Shown here: one piece after another, positions 10,113 through 22,061 of the stretch | Numbering within the stretch: position 1 is the first letter of the stretch | Layout of the letters: each line of letters starts with the position of its first letter | Assembly (NCBI GenBank): GCA_963775425.1 | Contig: CAVZJB010000016.1 | Location: 1,120,001 to 1,184,000 of the forward strand | Length of the DNA stretch: 64,000 bases | Origin: an uncultured delta proteobacterium | Lineage (GTDB): Bacteria > Myxococcota > UBA727 > VGSZ01 | Direction of reading: 5' to 3' | Program-made: the position numbers and the translations under genes | The notes under the pieces: generated by a model | The model's database searches: none | What the model saw: the letters and a program-made list of their open reading frames with translations, nothing else | Told to the model about the DNA's origin: nothing

Positions 10113-11294
10113 TTGGCAAGAGTACGGACCGGTCTCGATGTCCTCGTCGCCGACGGCATGTCGCTCCTCGCGGGAAAGCGCGTCGCCCTCCTCGGCCACC
10201 CCGCCAGCGTCGACGCACGCCTCACCCACCTCCTCGACGCCTGCCGCGAAGGGGGCGTCGAGCTCGTCCGCCTCTTCGGCCCCGAGCACGGCCTCCTCGG
10301 CGACGCCCAGGACATGGCCCACGTCGGCGGCCACAAGGACAAGCGCACCGGCCTCGAGGTCGTCTCCCTGTACGGCCCCACCCGCGACTCGCTGTTCCTC
10401 AAGCCCGACATGCTCGACGGCGTCGACGTGCTCGTCTGCGACCTCCAGGACGTCGGCGCCCGCTACTACACCTTCGCCTACACGGTCGCGTTCGCGCTGC
10501 GCGCCTGCGCGGCCCGCGGCACCCGGTGTCTGGTCCTCGATCGACCGAACCCCATCGACGGCACGCACGTCGAGGGGAACGTCGTGGACCCCGCGTTCGG
10601 CTCGTTCGTCGGCGAGTACGCCCTCGCCAACCGCCACGGCATGACCCTCGGCGAGCTCTGCCGTTTCTTCGCCGCCGCCGACGGCGGCGCCGTCGATCTC
10701 GAGGTGGTCTGGATGGACGGCTGGCGGCGCTCCATGTCCTTCGACGACACGGGCCTGCCCTGGGTGCTCCCCTCGCCCAACATGCCCACGCCGGACACCG
10801 CGCTCGTGTATCCGGGGGGCTGCCTGTTCGAGGGCACCAACCTCTCCGAGGGGCGCGGCACCACGCGACCCTTCGAGCTCGTCGGCGCGCCCTACGTCGA
10901 CGACCCCCATCGCTTCGCGCAGCTCGCCACGGACCAGGGCCTGCCGGGCTGCGCGCTGCGCCCGTGTTTCTTCCGGCCCACGTTCCAGAAACACGCCGGC
11001 GCGCTCTGCGGCGGCGTGCAGATCCACCTCGTCGATCGCGGGCGCTTCGACTCGTTGAAGACGGGCGTCGCCCTCCTCGTGGCGGCGCGCGCGTTCGAGG
11101 GCTTCGACTGGCGGCGCTCCACCTACGAGTACGTCAGCGATCGCCTCGCCGTCGATCTGCTCTTCGGCGGCAACGGCGCGCGCAAGCTCATCGAGGGCGG
11201 CGCCCGCGCCGACGACGTCCTCGCCTCCTTCGCCCCCGACCACGCCCGCTTCCTCGAGGTGCGGCGAGGCTTCCTGCACCCGGGCTACGCGTGA
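10113..11294 (+). CDS. namZ: Exo-beta-N-acetylmuramidase NamZ (DUF1343)
   Basis: LFGPEHG, SLYG, DLQDVGARYYTF, LDRPNP, RHGMTLGEL, PSPNMP and TNLSEGRGTTRPFE motifs. Confidence 0.93.
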   Translation: MARVRTGLDVLVADGMSLLAGKRVALLGHPASVDARLTHLLDACREGGVELVRLFGPEHGLLGDAQDMAHVGGHKDKRTGLEVVSLYGPTRDSLFLKPDMLDGVDVLVCDLQDVGARYYTFAYTVAFALRACAARGTRCLVLDRPNPIDGTHVEGNVVDPAFGSFVGEYALANRHGMTLGELCRFFAAADGGAVDLEVVWMDGWRRSMSFDDTGLPWVLPSPNMPTPDTALVYPGGCLFEGTNLSEGRGTTRPFELVGAPYVDDPHRFAQLATDQGLPGCALRPCFFRPTFQKHAGALCGGVQIHLVDRGRFDSLKTGVALLVAARAFEGFDWRRSTYEYVSDRLAVDLLFGGNGARKLIEGGARADDVLASFAPDHARFLEVRRGFLHPGYA

Positions 11295-11899
11295 GGCTCG
11301 CGGCCGTCGACGCCGGCGCCGGAGACGCGCGCACCGAGCGCGCCATCGCCGTCGCCCTCGGGAGCGCGCCGGACCGGCTGCTGCTCTTCGGCGAGGCCGC
11401 CGCCGTCGCGGCGCGCGCTGCCGCCCGCGACGTCGCCCGCCGCGATGAGCGCTTCCTCGACGCGGCCGCGGCGTGGCTCCTCGACGCGCCCGCCTCCGGC
11501 GACGTCGACGGCGTCCCCTCGCGCGCGCGCCTCCCGGTCCCCCTCGTCGAGATCGCCGTCGCCGTCGGCGCCGAGCACCCGCCGCTGTCGTCGACGCCGC
11601 GGGCGCTCGAGATGCTCGGCGCGCGGCTGTGCATGGCCGTCCCCGACGGGGCGTCGCTCGACCCCGACGAGATCGACAACGCCGCGCTCTGGATCTGCGG
11701 CGGCGGCGGCCCCTTCCGCGTGGAGAGCGTGAAGGGGCGCACCATCCTGTCGCCCGGGGACGTCGGCGCCGAGGGCTACGTCGCCCTCGTCGACACCGCC
11801 GGCGGCGAGCTGCGCATCACGCGCGTCGACCTCGACGGCAACGCGTTCGAGGCCGGGGCCGCGGCGCCGGCGGGGCCGCGGCTCCAGGTGCAGGGATGA
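11291..11899 (+). CDS. Hypothetical protein, possibly a degenerate metallophosphoesterase fold
   Basis: GTGA/ATGA overlaps with namZ and nadD; begins VRLAAVD..., contains DRLLLFGE and LSPGD; metal ligands not evident. Confidence 0.55.
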   Translation: MRLAAVDAGAGDARTERAIAVALGSAPDRLLLFGEAAAVAARAAARDVARRDERFLDAAAAWLLDAPASGDVDGVPSRARLPVPLVEIAVAVGAEHPPLSSTPRALEMLGARLCMAVPDGASLDPDEIDNAALWICGGGGPFRVESVKGRTILSPGDVGAEGYVALVDTAGGELRITRVDLDGNAFEAGAAAPAGPRLQVQG

Positions 11900-12522
11900 C
11901 CGCGCTTTCGCCCGAGGAGCTCGAGCGGCTGTCGACGTGGGTGCCGCCGCTGCGCGGCCTCGGGCGCATCGGCATCCTCGGCGGCAGCTTCAACCCGCCG
12001 CACCTTGGGCACGTGCTGATGGCGGTGGCGGTGTACGCCACCGAGGAGATCGATCACCTCTGGGTGGTGCCCACCGCCGACCACGCCTTCGGCAAGGCGC
12101 TCGCGCCGTTCGCCGATCGCGTGCGCATGTGCCACCTGGCCTTTCGGCACCTCGCCGGCGGCGCCGCCGTGCTCGACCTCGAGGATCGCCTGCCGCGGAC
12201 GGCGGGGACGCCGACGTACACCGTCGACACCTTGCGCGCGCTGCACGCGGTCCGGCCCGGCATCAAGCCCGTGTGGATCGCGGGGAGCGACATCCTGCCC
12301 GACCTGCCCCGCTGGAAGGAGCCGGAGGAGGTCCAGCGGCTCTGCCGCATGGTGATCGTCCCGCGCCGCGGCTACGACGGCGGCGCCCGCTTGCAGATCG
12401 ATCTGCCGCTGTTGTCGTCCACCGACGTCCGCGACCTGATCGCGGACAAGCAGGACGTCTCCGGCGTCCTCGATCGCGAAGTGGTCCACTACATCGACAA
12501 GCGTGGGCTGTACGGCGCGTGA
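11896..12522 (+). CDS. nadD: Nicotinate-nucleotide adenylyltransferase
   Basis: IGILGGSFNPPHLGH, TYTVDTL, IAGSD, LSSTDVR and YIDKRGLY motifs; ATG 11896. Confidence 0.95.
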   Translation: MTALSPEELERLSTWVPPLRGLGRIGILGGSFNPPHLGHVLMAVAVYATEEIDHLWVVPTADHAFGKALAPFADRVRMCHLAFRHLAGGAAVLDLEDRLPRTAGTPTYTVDTLRALHAVRPGIKPVWIAGSDILPDLPRWKEPEEVQRLCRMVIVPRRGYDGGARLQIDLPLLSSTDVRDLIADKQDVSGVLDREVVHYIDKRGLYGA

Positions 12523-13040
12523 GCGCCTCGGCTACACTGCGCCCCGTCGAGGTCAACGTGGCGCGTGCGGTTTTTCTCCTGTCCCTCCTGTTCGCCTTCA
12601 TCGGCGGCGTGGTGTTCATCTCCTGCCGCACCGACGCGGAGACACCCAACGCGTACTTCAACCACGACGGCGGGCCCGGCGACGTCGGGCAGCTCTGCCG
12701 CTCGTCCAACGAGTGCAACGACGCCGCGCTCGTGTGCGTCGACGAGGACGGCTCGCAAGGGCCGCTGCCTCCGTTCTGCCGCTCGCAGTGCGACACCACC
12801 GCCAACGACCCCTGCGGCGCCGGCTTCGTCTGCGTCCCGATCCAGAACGCCGGCACCGCGGGCGCCTGCCTGCCCGCCCCCGGCGACGGCGAGGCCTGCA
12901 CCGGCCGCTGCGACGACGGCCTCGCGTGCGTCGAGAGCAGCGCCGACGCCGGTGACGGCATCTGCCAGAGCGGCGGTGGCGAAGGTGAAGGCGAAGGCGA
13001 AGGCGAAGGTGAAGGCGAAGGTGAAGGCGAGGGCGAGTGA
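12519..13040 (+). CDS. Cys-rich lipoprotein ending in (GE)10
   Basis: Hydrophobic N-terminus ending VFISC; repeated Cys modules; C-terminal GE tract 12978-13037 directly before TGA. Start may instead be GTG 12558. Confidence 0.75.
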   Translation: MSASATLRPVEVNVARAVFLLSLLFAFIGGVVFISCRTDAETPNAYFNHDGGPGDVGQLCRSSNECNDAALVCVDEDGSQGPLPPFCRSQCDTTANDPCGAGFVCVPIQNAGTAGACLPAPGDGEACTGRCDDGLACVESSADAGDGICQSGGGEGEGEGEGEGEGEGEGEGE

Positions 13041-13099
13041 CCGCGATCGCCGCGCCGCGCGAATCCCGGGGGCCCCGAGGGAGTTGAGCTTCTAAAGAC

Positions 13100-15784
13100 A
13101 TGAGACCGAACGTCGCCACCCCTGGCTTTCGCATTCCCCCCGCCGCTGATCTTTCCCGCGCGCTCACGGAGGCGCGCGCCATCGCGGACGGCGTCGGTCA
13201 GGAGCTGCAGAGCCAACACCTGCTGCTCGCGCTCTTCACGGTGCCGAACCCCGCCGAGGTGCTGCTCCTCGAGTACGCCGTGAACGAGGACGCGCTGCTC
13301 GCGCTCATCGACGCCGAGCAGAAGGAGGGCGCCAGCGCCTTCCGCCAGCTCCTCGACGTCGCCGAGGAGACCGCGCTCGTCTGCGACGCGCGCCAGACCA
13401 ACACGCTGCACCTGCTGGTGGCGCTGTTGAAGGTGCGGGAGACGGTGGCCTTCGGGCTGCTCGATCGCGCGCTCGGCGGTGTCACCCCGCTGAGAAACCG
13501 GGTGATGTCGTTCGTCACCGGGGTCCTGCCGCGTCGCCTGATGCAGCCCATCCAGGACGCCAAGGCGAGCGAGCCGCCCCCGCCGCCGCCGCGGCGCCGC
13601 CCCCACCGGCAGGGGCGCGGCGACGACTGGGTGGTGCCCAAAAAGACCATGCTCGACGACACGTCGCCCGTGCCCGAGAGCGCCGTCAGCCAGGTGAGCG
13701 TCGTCGAGCCGCTGGACAACGACGACAAGCCGCGGCCCGCCGCCGACGAGGCCCGCCGCAGCGACGAGGCCCGCCGCAGCGACGAGGCCCGCCGCAGCGA
13801 CGAGGCCCGCCGCAGCGACGAGGCACGGGGCGACGAGCGCCGGCTCGACGCCACGCCCCCCGCCCCGCGCCCGGAGTCGAAGCGGCGCGTGGAGCCGGAG
13901 ATGGCGCCGGCGCCGACGATGCCGCCCACGGCGTACGACCTCGACCCCGAGCGCTTCCCCTGGCTGGCGGCGCTCGGCAGGAACCTCACCGCCGTCGCCG
14001 CCAACGGCGGCCTCGACCCCTCCATCGGCCGCGCCCGCGAGCTCGAGCAGCTCATCGACGTCCTCGGGAAGCGGCGCGCCAACAACCCCTGCCTCGTGGG
14101 CGAGCCCGGCGTGGGAAAGACCGCCATCGTCGAGGGGCTCGCGGTGCGCCTCGTCCGCGGCGACGACGACGTCGCGCCGCTGCACGGCAAGGTGCTCGTC
14201 GAGCTCGACATGGGCCGCATCGTCGCCGGCACCTCGCTGCGCGGCTCGTTCTCGGAGCGCATGCAGGGCCTCAAGCGGGACGTGCAGAAGGCGCACGGCA
14301 AGGTCATCGTCTTCATCGACGAGATCCACACGCTGATGGGCGCCGGCTCCAGCGGCGACGGCCCGCAGGACGCGGCCAACGAGCTCAAGGCCGCCCTCGC
14401 CCGCGGCGACTTCCCCTGCATCGGCAGCACCACCCACGACGAGTTCCGCAAGCACGTGGAGCAGGACCCGGCCCTCGAGCGCCGCTTCGTCAAGATCGTC
14501 GTCGAGGAGCCGGACGACGCCGCCGCCATCGAGATCCTTCGTGGCGCCGCGCCGCTGTACGCCAAGCACCACAAGGTCGACGCCGCCGACGACGCCGTCT
14601 GCGCCGCCGTCCAGCTCTCGTCGCGCTTCCTCCACGAAAAGCGCCTGCCCGCCAAGGCCATCGACCTGCTCGATCTCGCGATGTCGCGCGCGCGGCGCGC
14701 CGGCAAGAAGAAGATCGGGCGCGAGGACGTCGCGCGCGTCTGCGCCGACGTCGCCAAGATCCCCGTCGATCGCGTGCTCCTCGAGGACAAGAAGCGCTTC
14801 ATGGAGCTGGAGCGCTTCCTCGAAGATCGCGTCGTGGGACACGCGCAGGTCATCGGGCGCGTGGCCAACAGCATCCGCCGCAACTACGCCGGCTTCACAA
14901 CGCACCGGCCCTTGGGCAGCTTCCTGTTCCTCGGCTCCTCCGGCGTCGGCAAGACCGAGCTCGCCAAGGCGCTCGCCGACTTCCTCTTCGGCTCGCAAAA
15001 GGCGCTCGTGCGCCTCGACATGAGCGAGTACGCGGAGCCCCACACCGTGGCCCGGCTCGTGGGCGCGCCGCCCGGCTACGTCGGGCACCAGGAGGGCGGC
15101 CAGCTCACCGAGGCCGTGCGCGCGCGGCCGCACTGCGTGGTGCTCCTCGACGAGATCGAGAAGGCGCACCCCGACGTGCTGCCGGTGCTCTTGCAGATCC
15201 TCGACGAGGGGCGGCTCACCGACGCCCGCGGCCGCACCGTCACCTTCCGCCACGCCGTCTTGGTGTTGACCTCGAACCTCGGCGCCGCCGCCGCCATCGC
15301 GCCCCGGGCGCGCGGCATCGGCTTCGGCGCGCCGTCCATCCTGCCGGGCGCGGCGGCGTTCACCCAGAAGCAACACGACGGCGTGCTCGAGGCCGCGCGC
15401 AAGCACCTGCCGCCGGAGCTGTGGGGCCGCATCGAGGACAAGCTCGTGTTCGCGCCGCTCGGCCGCCCCGAGCTGATGAAGATCGCCGGGCTCTTGCTCG
15501 AAGCGTCGGCCAAGGCGCTGTTGACCACGCGCAACATCGCGCTCCACTTCGACGACAGCGTGCTCAACCACCTCGTCGACCAGGGCGCCTTCGACGCGTC
15601 CACCGGCGCGCGCCCGATGCGCCAGGTGGTGCAGCGGCTCGTGGAGACGCCGGTGTCGGAGGCCATCTTGAAGGGCGAGGTGCAAGAAGGCGCGCGCATC
15701 CGCCTGCACGTCGCCGACGGAAACCTCATCGCGCGCGCGGCGCGCCCGAGCAAGGCGCAGCCGGGCACCCCGCGGCCGGCGTGA
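13100..15784 (+). CDS. ATP-dependent Clp protease ATP-binding subunit (ClpA/ClpC type)
   Basis: Clp-N repeats (HLLLAL, HLLVALL); GEPGVGKT, FIDEIH, GSSGVGKT and LLDEIEKAH motifs; IGF ClpP-docking loop; no ClpB coiled-coil M domain. Confidence 0.93.
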   Translation: MRPNVATPGFRIPPAADLSRALTEARAIADGVGQELQSQHLLLALFTVPNPAEVLLLEYAVNEDALLALIDAEQKEGASAFRQLLDVAEETALVCDARQTNTLHLLVALLKVRETVAFGLLDRALGGVTPLRNRVMSFVTGVLPRRLMQPIQDAKASEPPPPPPRRRPHRQGRGDDWVVPKKTMLDDTSPVPESAVSQVSVVEPLDNDDKPRPAADEARRSDEARRSDEARRSDEARRSDEARGDERRLDATPPAPRPESKRRVEPEMAPAPTMPPTAYDLDPERFPWLAALGRNLTAVAANGGLDPSIGRARELEQLIDVLGKRRANNPCLVGEPGVGKTAIVEGLAVRLVRGDDDVAPLHGKVLVELDMGRIVAGTSLRGSFSERMQGLKRDVQKAHGKVIVFIDEIHTLMGAGSSGDGPQDAANELKAALARGDFPCIGSTTHDEFRKHVEQDPALERRFVKIVVEEPDDAAAIEILRGAAPLYAKHHKVDAADDAVCAAVQLSSRFLHEKRLPAKAIDLLDLAMSRARRAGKKKIGREDVARVCADVAKIPVDRVLLEDKKRFMELERFLEDRVVGHAQVIGRVANSIRRNYAGFTTHRPLGSFLFLGSSGVGKTELAKALADFLFGSQKALVRLDMSEYAEPHTVARLVGAPPGYVGHQEGGQLTEAVRARPHCVVLLDEIEKAHPDVLPVLLQILDEGRLTDARGRTVTFRHAVLVLTSNLGAAAAIAPRARGIGFGAPSILPGAAAFTQKQHDGVLEAARKHLPPELWGRIEDKLVFAPLGRPELMKIAGLLLEASAKALLTTRNIALHFDDSVLNHLVDQGAFDASTGARPMRQVVQRLVETPVSEAILKGEVQEGARIRLHVADGNLIARAARPSKAQPGTPRPA
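13745..13816 (+). repeat. 18-nt perfect tandem repeat x4 (DEARRS) in the Clp N-domain/NBD1 linker
   Basis: GACGAGGCCCGCCGCAGC x4 plus a degenerate fifth copy. Confidence 0.95.
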
Positions 15785-15801
15785 CGCGCGGCGAGGCCGG
15801 C

Positions 15802-16698
15802 ATGAACGCTCCCTTGCGCAGGCGCACCGATCGGCCCGGCTTCGCGGTCGCCGTGCTCGGCAAGGGAAAGGCCGGCGGGTCGCTCGCGGCGTCGCTCAAG
15901 CACGCAGGCGTCGACGTGCTCGTGCACGCGCGCCGGCTGCCGGAGATGTTGCGCACCGCGCGCTGGCGGCGGGCGCGCGTGGTGTTCCTCGCCGTGCCGG
16001 ACGACACCATCGAGCGGATCGCCATCACGCTGGCGCCGACGCTCGACGACCCGCACGCGCCGTCTCCGCACGGCGAGCCGCCGGCGCCGCCGCTCGTGGT
16101 GCACATGTCGGGCGCCAAGGGGCCGTCGGCGTTGGCGGCGCTCGAAGCGCACGGCGCCGTCGTCGGCTGCTTTCACCCGCTGGCGTCCCTGGACGGAAAG
16201 AGCCCGATCCCGGCAGAGGCGCTCGTCGCCGTCGACGCGCGCGCCGGGAAGGCGCCCCAACGCGCGACGCTGGCGGCCATCGCCACGCTGACGCTCCTCG
16301 CCAAGCGCTTCGGCTGCAAGCCCGCGCGCGTGCTCGAGGACAAGCGCGCGCTCTATCACGCCGGCGCCGTCGTCGCCGGCAACCTCCCCGTCGCGCTCCT
16401 CTCCATGGGCGCGCAGCTCCTCGAGGCCGCCGGCGTGCCCGCGGCCCTCGCCCGCGAGTCGCTCGCGCGCCTGCTGGCTTCGCAGGCCGAAAACGCCGTG
16501 CACCACCCGCTCGCCAAAGCGCTCTCCGGCCCCGTCGCGCGCGGCGACGCCGGCACGCTCGCGCGCCACCTCGCCGTGCTCGCCAAGGAGCACCGCGACA
16601 TCGCCCGCGTCTACCGCGAGCTGTCGCGCGCGCTCGTCGACGACGTCGCCGCGCAGGGACCGAAGACCAGGGCGAAGCTGCGGCGGGCGCTGCGCTGA
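15802..16698 (+). CDS. Rossmann-like DUF2520 oxidoreductase (PanG-like)
   Basis: VLGKGKAGGSLA, FLAVPDD, VHMSGA, FHPL, YHAGAVVAGN and LSGPVARGD motifs; ATG 15802. Confidence 0.85.
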   Translation: MNAPLRRRTDRPGFAVAVLGKGKAGGSLAASLKHAGVDVLVHARRLPEMLRTARWRRARVVFLAVPDDTIERIAITLAPTLDDPHAPSPHGEPPAPPLVVHMSGAKGPSALAALEAHGAVVGCFHPLASLDGKSPIPAEALVAVDARAGKAPQRATLAAIATLTLLAKRFGCKPARVLEDKRALYHAGAVVAGNLPVALLSMGAQLLEAAGVPAALARESLARLLASQAENAVHHPLAKALSGPVARGDAGTLARHLAVLAKEHRDIARVYRELSRALVDDVAAQGPKTRAKLRRALR

Positions 16699-16767
16699 GA
16701 CCGGAGGGGTGCCTCGGTGCCGGCGTTCGAGCTACGCTGGCTGCGTTCCGTCGCCGCCGTCATGCCG

Positions 16768-17319
16768 TCAAGCCCTCCGCGCAGCCGTCTTTGCTTCGGG
16801 CCGCTCCACATCCCGTCGGACGTGGACCTCGTGCTCCGTGGCGACGAGGCGCTCGCGCTTCAGCCGCGTGGAGCCTGCGCGCGGGCCGAGGTGGCCCTGG
16901 TTGCCGATGGCCGTCCAGGTCGCGTGGCTGTTGCCGTCGCGAACGAGCGGGGAGGGGAGGTTGCCGTCGAGGCTGTCGTCGAGCTGCTGCTCGATATCGT
17001 GCTCGACGAAGTGCCTGTCGACGAACGCGCTCATGGGCGTCGACAGCGGCGTCTCGGAGCTGCCGTCGGCGAACGACTGCCACATGTTCTCGTAGTTGAC
17101 CGGGAAGAACAGGGAATCATAGTCGGCGCGGTAAGCGATGCGCGGGTCGTTCGCTGACACCGCCACGTCAGCGTGCGTGAGCGTCCGGTCACCGACGAAC
17201 TGATCGAGGTTGACGTCAAGGCACGGCACGGTGTCGTCAGGACCGGCGTCGACCTGATCCGCCAGCGAGGGCGGCACTCCGCCGCAGAGCTGGCCGTCTT
17301 CGACGTGCAGTGGAGGCAC
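16768..17319 (-). CDS. Orphan hypothetical ORF (possible gene remnant)
   Basis: Fills the gap between convergent genes; acidic, protein-like composition; codon usage less GC3-biased than its neighbours. Confidence 0.35.
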   Translation of the reverse strand: MPPLHVEDGQLCGGVPPSLADQVDAGPDDTVPCLDVNLDQFVGDRTLTHADVAVSANDPRIAYRADYDSLFFPVNYENMWQSFADGSSETPLSTPMSAFVDRHFVEHDIEQQLDDSLDGNLPSPLVRDGNSHATWTAIGNQGHLGPRAGSTRLKRERLVATEHEVHVRRDVERPEAKTAARRA

Positions 17320-17383
17320 CGTAGGCGAGGCCCCCGCTCGGGACCTGACCCCAAGGTGACCCTTTGGTGACCTTTGAGCGGTC

Positions 17384-18813
<1,430 letters not shown>

Positions 18814-18817
<4 letters not shown>

Positions 18818-21800
18818 GGGCTCGCTCGCAGGTCGAAGAAATATCGGGCCACGCCCTTCACGGGCACTTGCACCGTATACGTCATCGCGGCGCCGAGCGC
18901 TTTCAGTGTGATGTCGTGGGCGCCGGCGGGGCAGGAGCGCTCGGCGTCGCCCGTCTTGCCCCAGGGCTGCCCGTCCATGAAGAGCTCCGCCGGCGGGCTC
19001 GACGCAAACACGGCGCGGCCGTCGGCCGCGGTCGACGTGAGGGAGAGGAGCGCGTGATAGACGTCGCCGCGGTCGATGGGGACCTCGGTGGTGACGGGCG
19101 CGTAGCCGTCGAGCCGCGCCTCGAGCACGTGCGTCTTGTCGGTGGAGACGCGATCGAGGGTGATGGGGCTGCGGCCGATCTCCGCGCCGTCGACGAACAC
19201 GCGCGCGCCCGCGGGCCGCGTCTCGATGACGACCTTGCCCGCCGCCGTGAGGTTCTCGCTCACGACGACGAAGCGTTGGCCCTTCTTGAGCGAGAGCTTT
19301 CGCTTGGTCGACGGGCCGTCTGCGACGTCGATCTTCACCTCGTGCGCGCCGTCGGCGAGGCGCACGTCGTCGACGAGCGGCGTGGTGCCGATACGATTCC
19401 CGTCGAGGAAGACCGCGGCGCCGGCAGGGTTGGAGCGCACGAGCAACGTGCGCGCGTCGCCGGGCGCGCCGCCGAGGGCCGCGCGCGCCGTCGACGCGGA
19501 GAAGAACCCGCCCGCGAGCGCGACGACGAAGACCGCTGCCGCGGCGACGCGCGCGCCCGTCCCGGGGAGCAGACCCCGGCGCGGGGCGCGGGGCGCGGGC
19601 GCCGCAGCCGGTCTCCCCGAGGGGCTCGGCGACGCCTGCATCGACGGCGGCGCGGTCACCGGGATCGGCTGCGGCCCCGCGGGCGGCAGCGCCGGCGACG
19701 CGGCGGCCGGCGCGGGTGGAGCAGGCGCGGCCAGGCTCGGCGGAGGCGGCGGCACGAGCGCGGCGGGCGGCGGCGGCGGCGCGGCCAACGCGGGCGGCGG
19801 CGGCGGCGCCGGCGCGAGGGCGGCGGGCGGGGGCGGCGGCGGCGCGAGCGCGGCGGGCGGGGGCGGCGCCGGCGCGGGCGGAGCCGCCGGATACGGCGCC
19901 GCGGGATACGGCGCCGCGGGATACGGCGCCTGCGACGCCGCGGGCGGATACGCGGGCTGTGCCGCCGGCGGGTACGGCGCCTGCGGGGCCGGCGGCTGCG
20001 ACGGGTACGCCGCCGCCGGCTGCGACGGGTACGCCGCCGCCGGCTGCGACGGGTACGGCGGCGGGACCGGCGCGGGCGGTTGCGGGACCGCCGGCTGTTG
20101 CGGCGACGGGTACGCGGTCGACGGCGGCGGGACCGGCGCCGGCGGCTGCGCATACGGCGCCGGCTGCGCGACCGGCGCGGGCGGTTGCGGCACCGGCGCC
20201 GGCGGGTGCGGGGCCGGCGCTTGCGGGACCGCCGGCGCGACGCTCGACGCGGGTGGAGGGGCCAACGCGGCCGGCGGCGGCGGCGCCGGGGCCACGCCGG
20301 ACGGGGGCGGCGGCGCGATCGCGGAGGCGCCGAGCGCGGGCGGCGGCGGCGCCGACGCCGACGCGCCGGGCTGCGTAAACGCCTCCGGCGGCGGTGGCCG
20401 GCGCACGCGCTGCGACGAGCGCTGCGACGACGGCGTCGACGTGCGCGGCAGCGCCGCGGACGAACCGCTCGCGTCGAGGGGCAACGCGCGCACCGACGGT
20501 GACGCAGCGACGACGCCGACCTTGTCGGACCTCGAGCGCGCGTCGGGCTCCGCGCGCCGCTCGCTCGGCCGCGACATCGGGCTCGCCTCCACGCGCGTCG
20601 GGTTCGGCCCGAAAGCTTCGGAGGGCGCTCGCCTGGATGCGTCGGGCAACGCGGCCACGCGCTTTTGCTCCGCCTGCGCGCCGACGCCGACGGCGTCCGG
20701 CCCCGCGTCGAGCGCGCGCGCGCCGCCGCCGGCCTTCACGGCGCGGACGTCCATCTGCGGCGCGCGCGCCGGCTCCGCGTCCGGCAACGGCCGCGCCCGC
20801 TGCCCTGCGCTGCGCGGCGGGGACGCGAGAATCCGCGCGCTGCGCCGGCTTCGGCCCCGACGGCTCGCGCACGCGCGACGACGGCGGCCGCGCCCGGCGC
20901 GCCGACGACGCCTCCTTCGCGGGCGGCGACGGCGGCGGCGACGCGAGCTCGCGCATCTCGTCCGGCTTGAAGATCTGGCTCTTCAGCTCGACTTGCCTGG
21001 TCTGGCGCGGCTCCGCGTCGCGCGTCTTCAGCTCTTCCTTGAAGACGTCGCGCATGAGCGCCGCGACCTCGGCGGGCTTCGGGTGCAGCGCGTGCCGATC
21101 GGCGATCTGCAACAGCTCGCGCTCGAACGCGAGCGCGTCCTGTGGCCGCGCGGCCGGGTCCTTTTCGAGGCTCCTCCGGATGAGCGCCTCGAGGTCGGCG
21201 GGCACGCCGAGCGTCGCGGGCAGCCGCGGCACCTGCGCCGCGCGCATGCGATCGAGCGTGGACAGGTCGGAGCTGCCGGCGAACAGCCGCTCCGCCGTGA
21301 TGGCCTCGAACAGCACGATGCCGACGTTGAACAGGTCGCTCCTGTGATCGAGCTGGCGCCCGCGGGCCTGCTCCGGCGACATGTAGCCGAACTTGCCCTT
21401 GATGACCCCGGCCATGGTCTTGTTCGCCGACGCCTGCACCTTGGCGATGCCGAAGTCGGTGAGCTTCACCTTGCCGTCGAAGGTGACGATGATGTTGTGC
21501 GGCGAGATGTCTCTGTGGATGAGCCGCAGCGCCCGGCCCTCGGCGTCGGTGGCCTTGTGCGCGTAGTCGAGCGCGCGCAACGTATCGACGGCGACCATCA
21601 TCGCCATCGACACCGGCAGGATCCGCTTCTTCTGGCTCGCGTAATAGATGACGTCGGCGAGGTCCTTGCCGTCCGCGAACTCCATCACGATGAAGTATTC
21701 GCCCTTGTCCGACATCACGAGGTCGAAGACCTGCACGATGTTCGGGTGGTTCAGGCACGCGGCCACGCGCGCCTCCTCCACGAACATCCGCACGAGCTCC

Positions 21801-21943
21801 TGATCGCGCGTGAAGTGCGGGAGGATCTTCTTCACCGCGTAGATCTTCTCGCTGCCGTCGGCGCCGACGACACGAGCGCGATAGACCTCCGCCATCCCGC
21901 CCTGGGCGTGGAGGTTCAAGACCTCGAGCTCCGAGAGCTTCAT
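18814..21943 (-). CDS. Ser/Thr kinase with long Pro/Ala-rich linker, TM helix and PEGA repeats (+1 frameshift at 20829-20833)
   Basis: AQGGMAEVY, AVKK, HRDISPHN, DFG and YMSPEQ motifs. Removing one base at GAATC gives ...QRADLASPPRSAGQRARPLPDAEP..., which joins ORF 18814..20787 (PEGA motifs SNPAGAAVFLDG, TRPAGARVFVDG). Confidence 0.88.
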
Positions 21944-22061
21944 CGAGGACGACACTACCATGCGCGTCGGGCTGGGCGCGTCGGCACATCCGCCGAGCGG
22001 CACCCCTCGGGCGCTTGCCGCCCGTGCTACGGTCGGCGGCACCGAGGAGCGGAGCGAGGGT

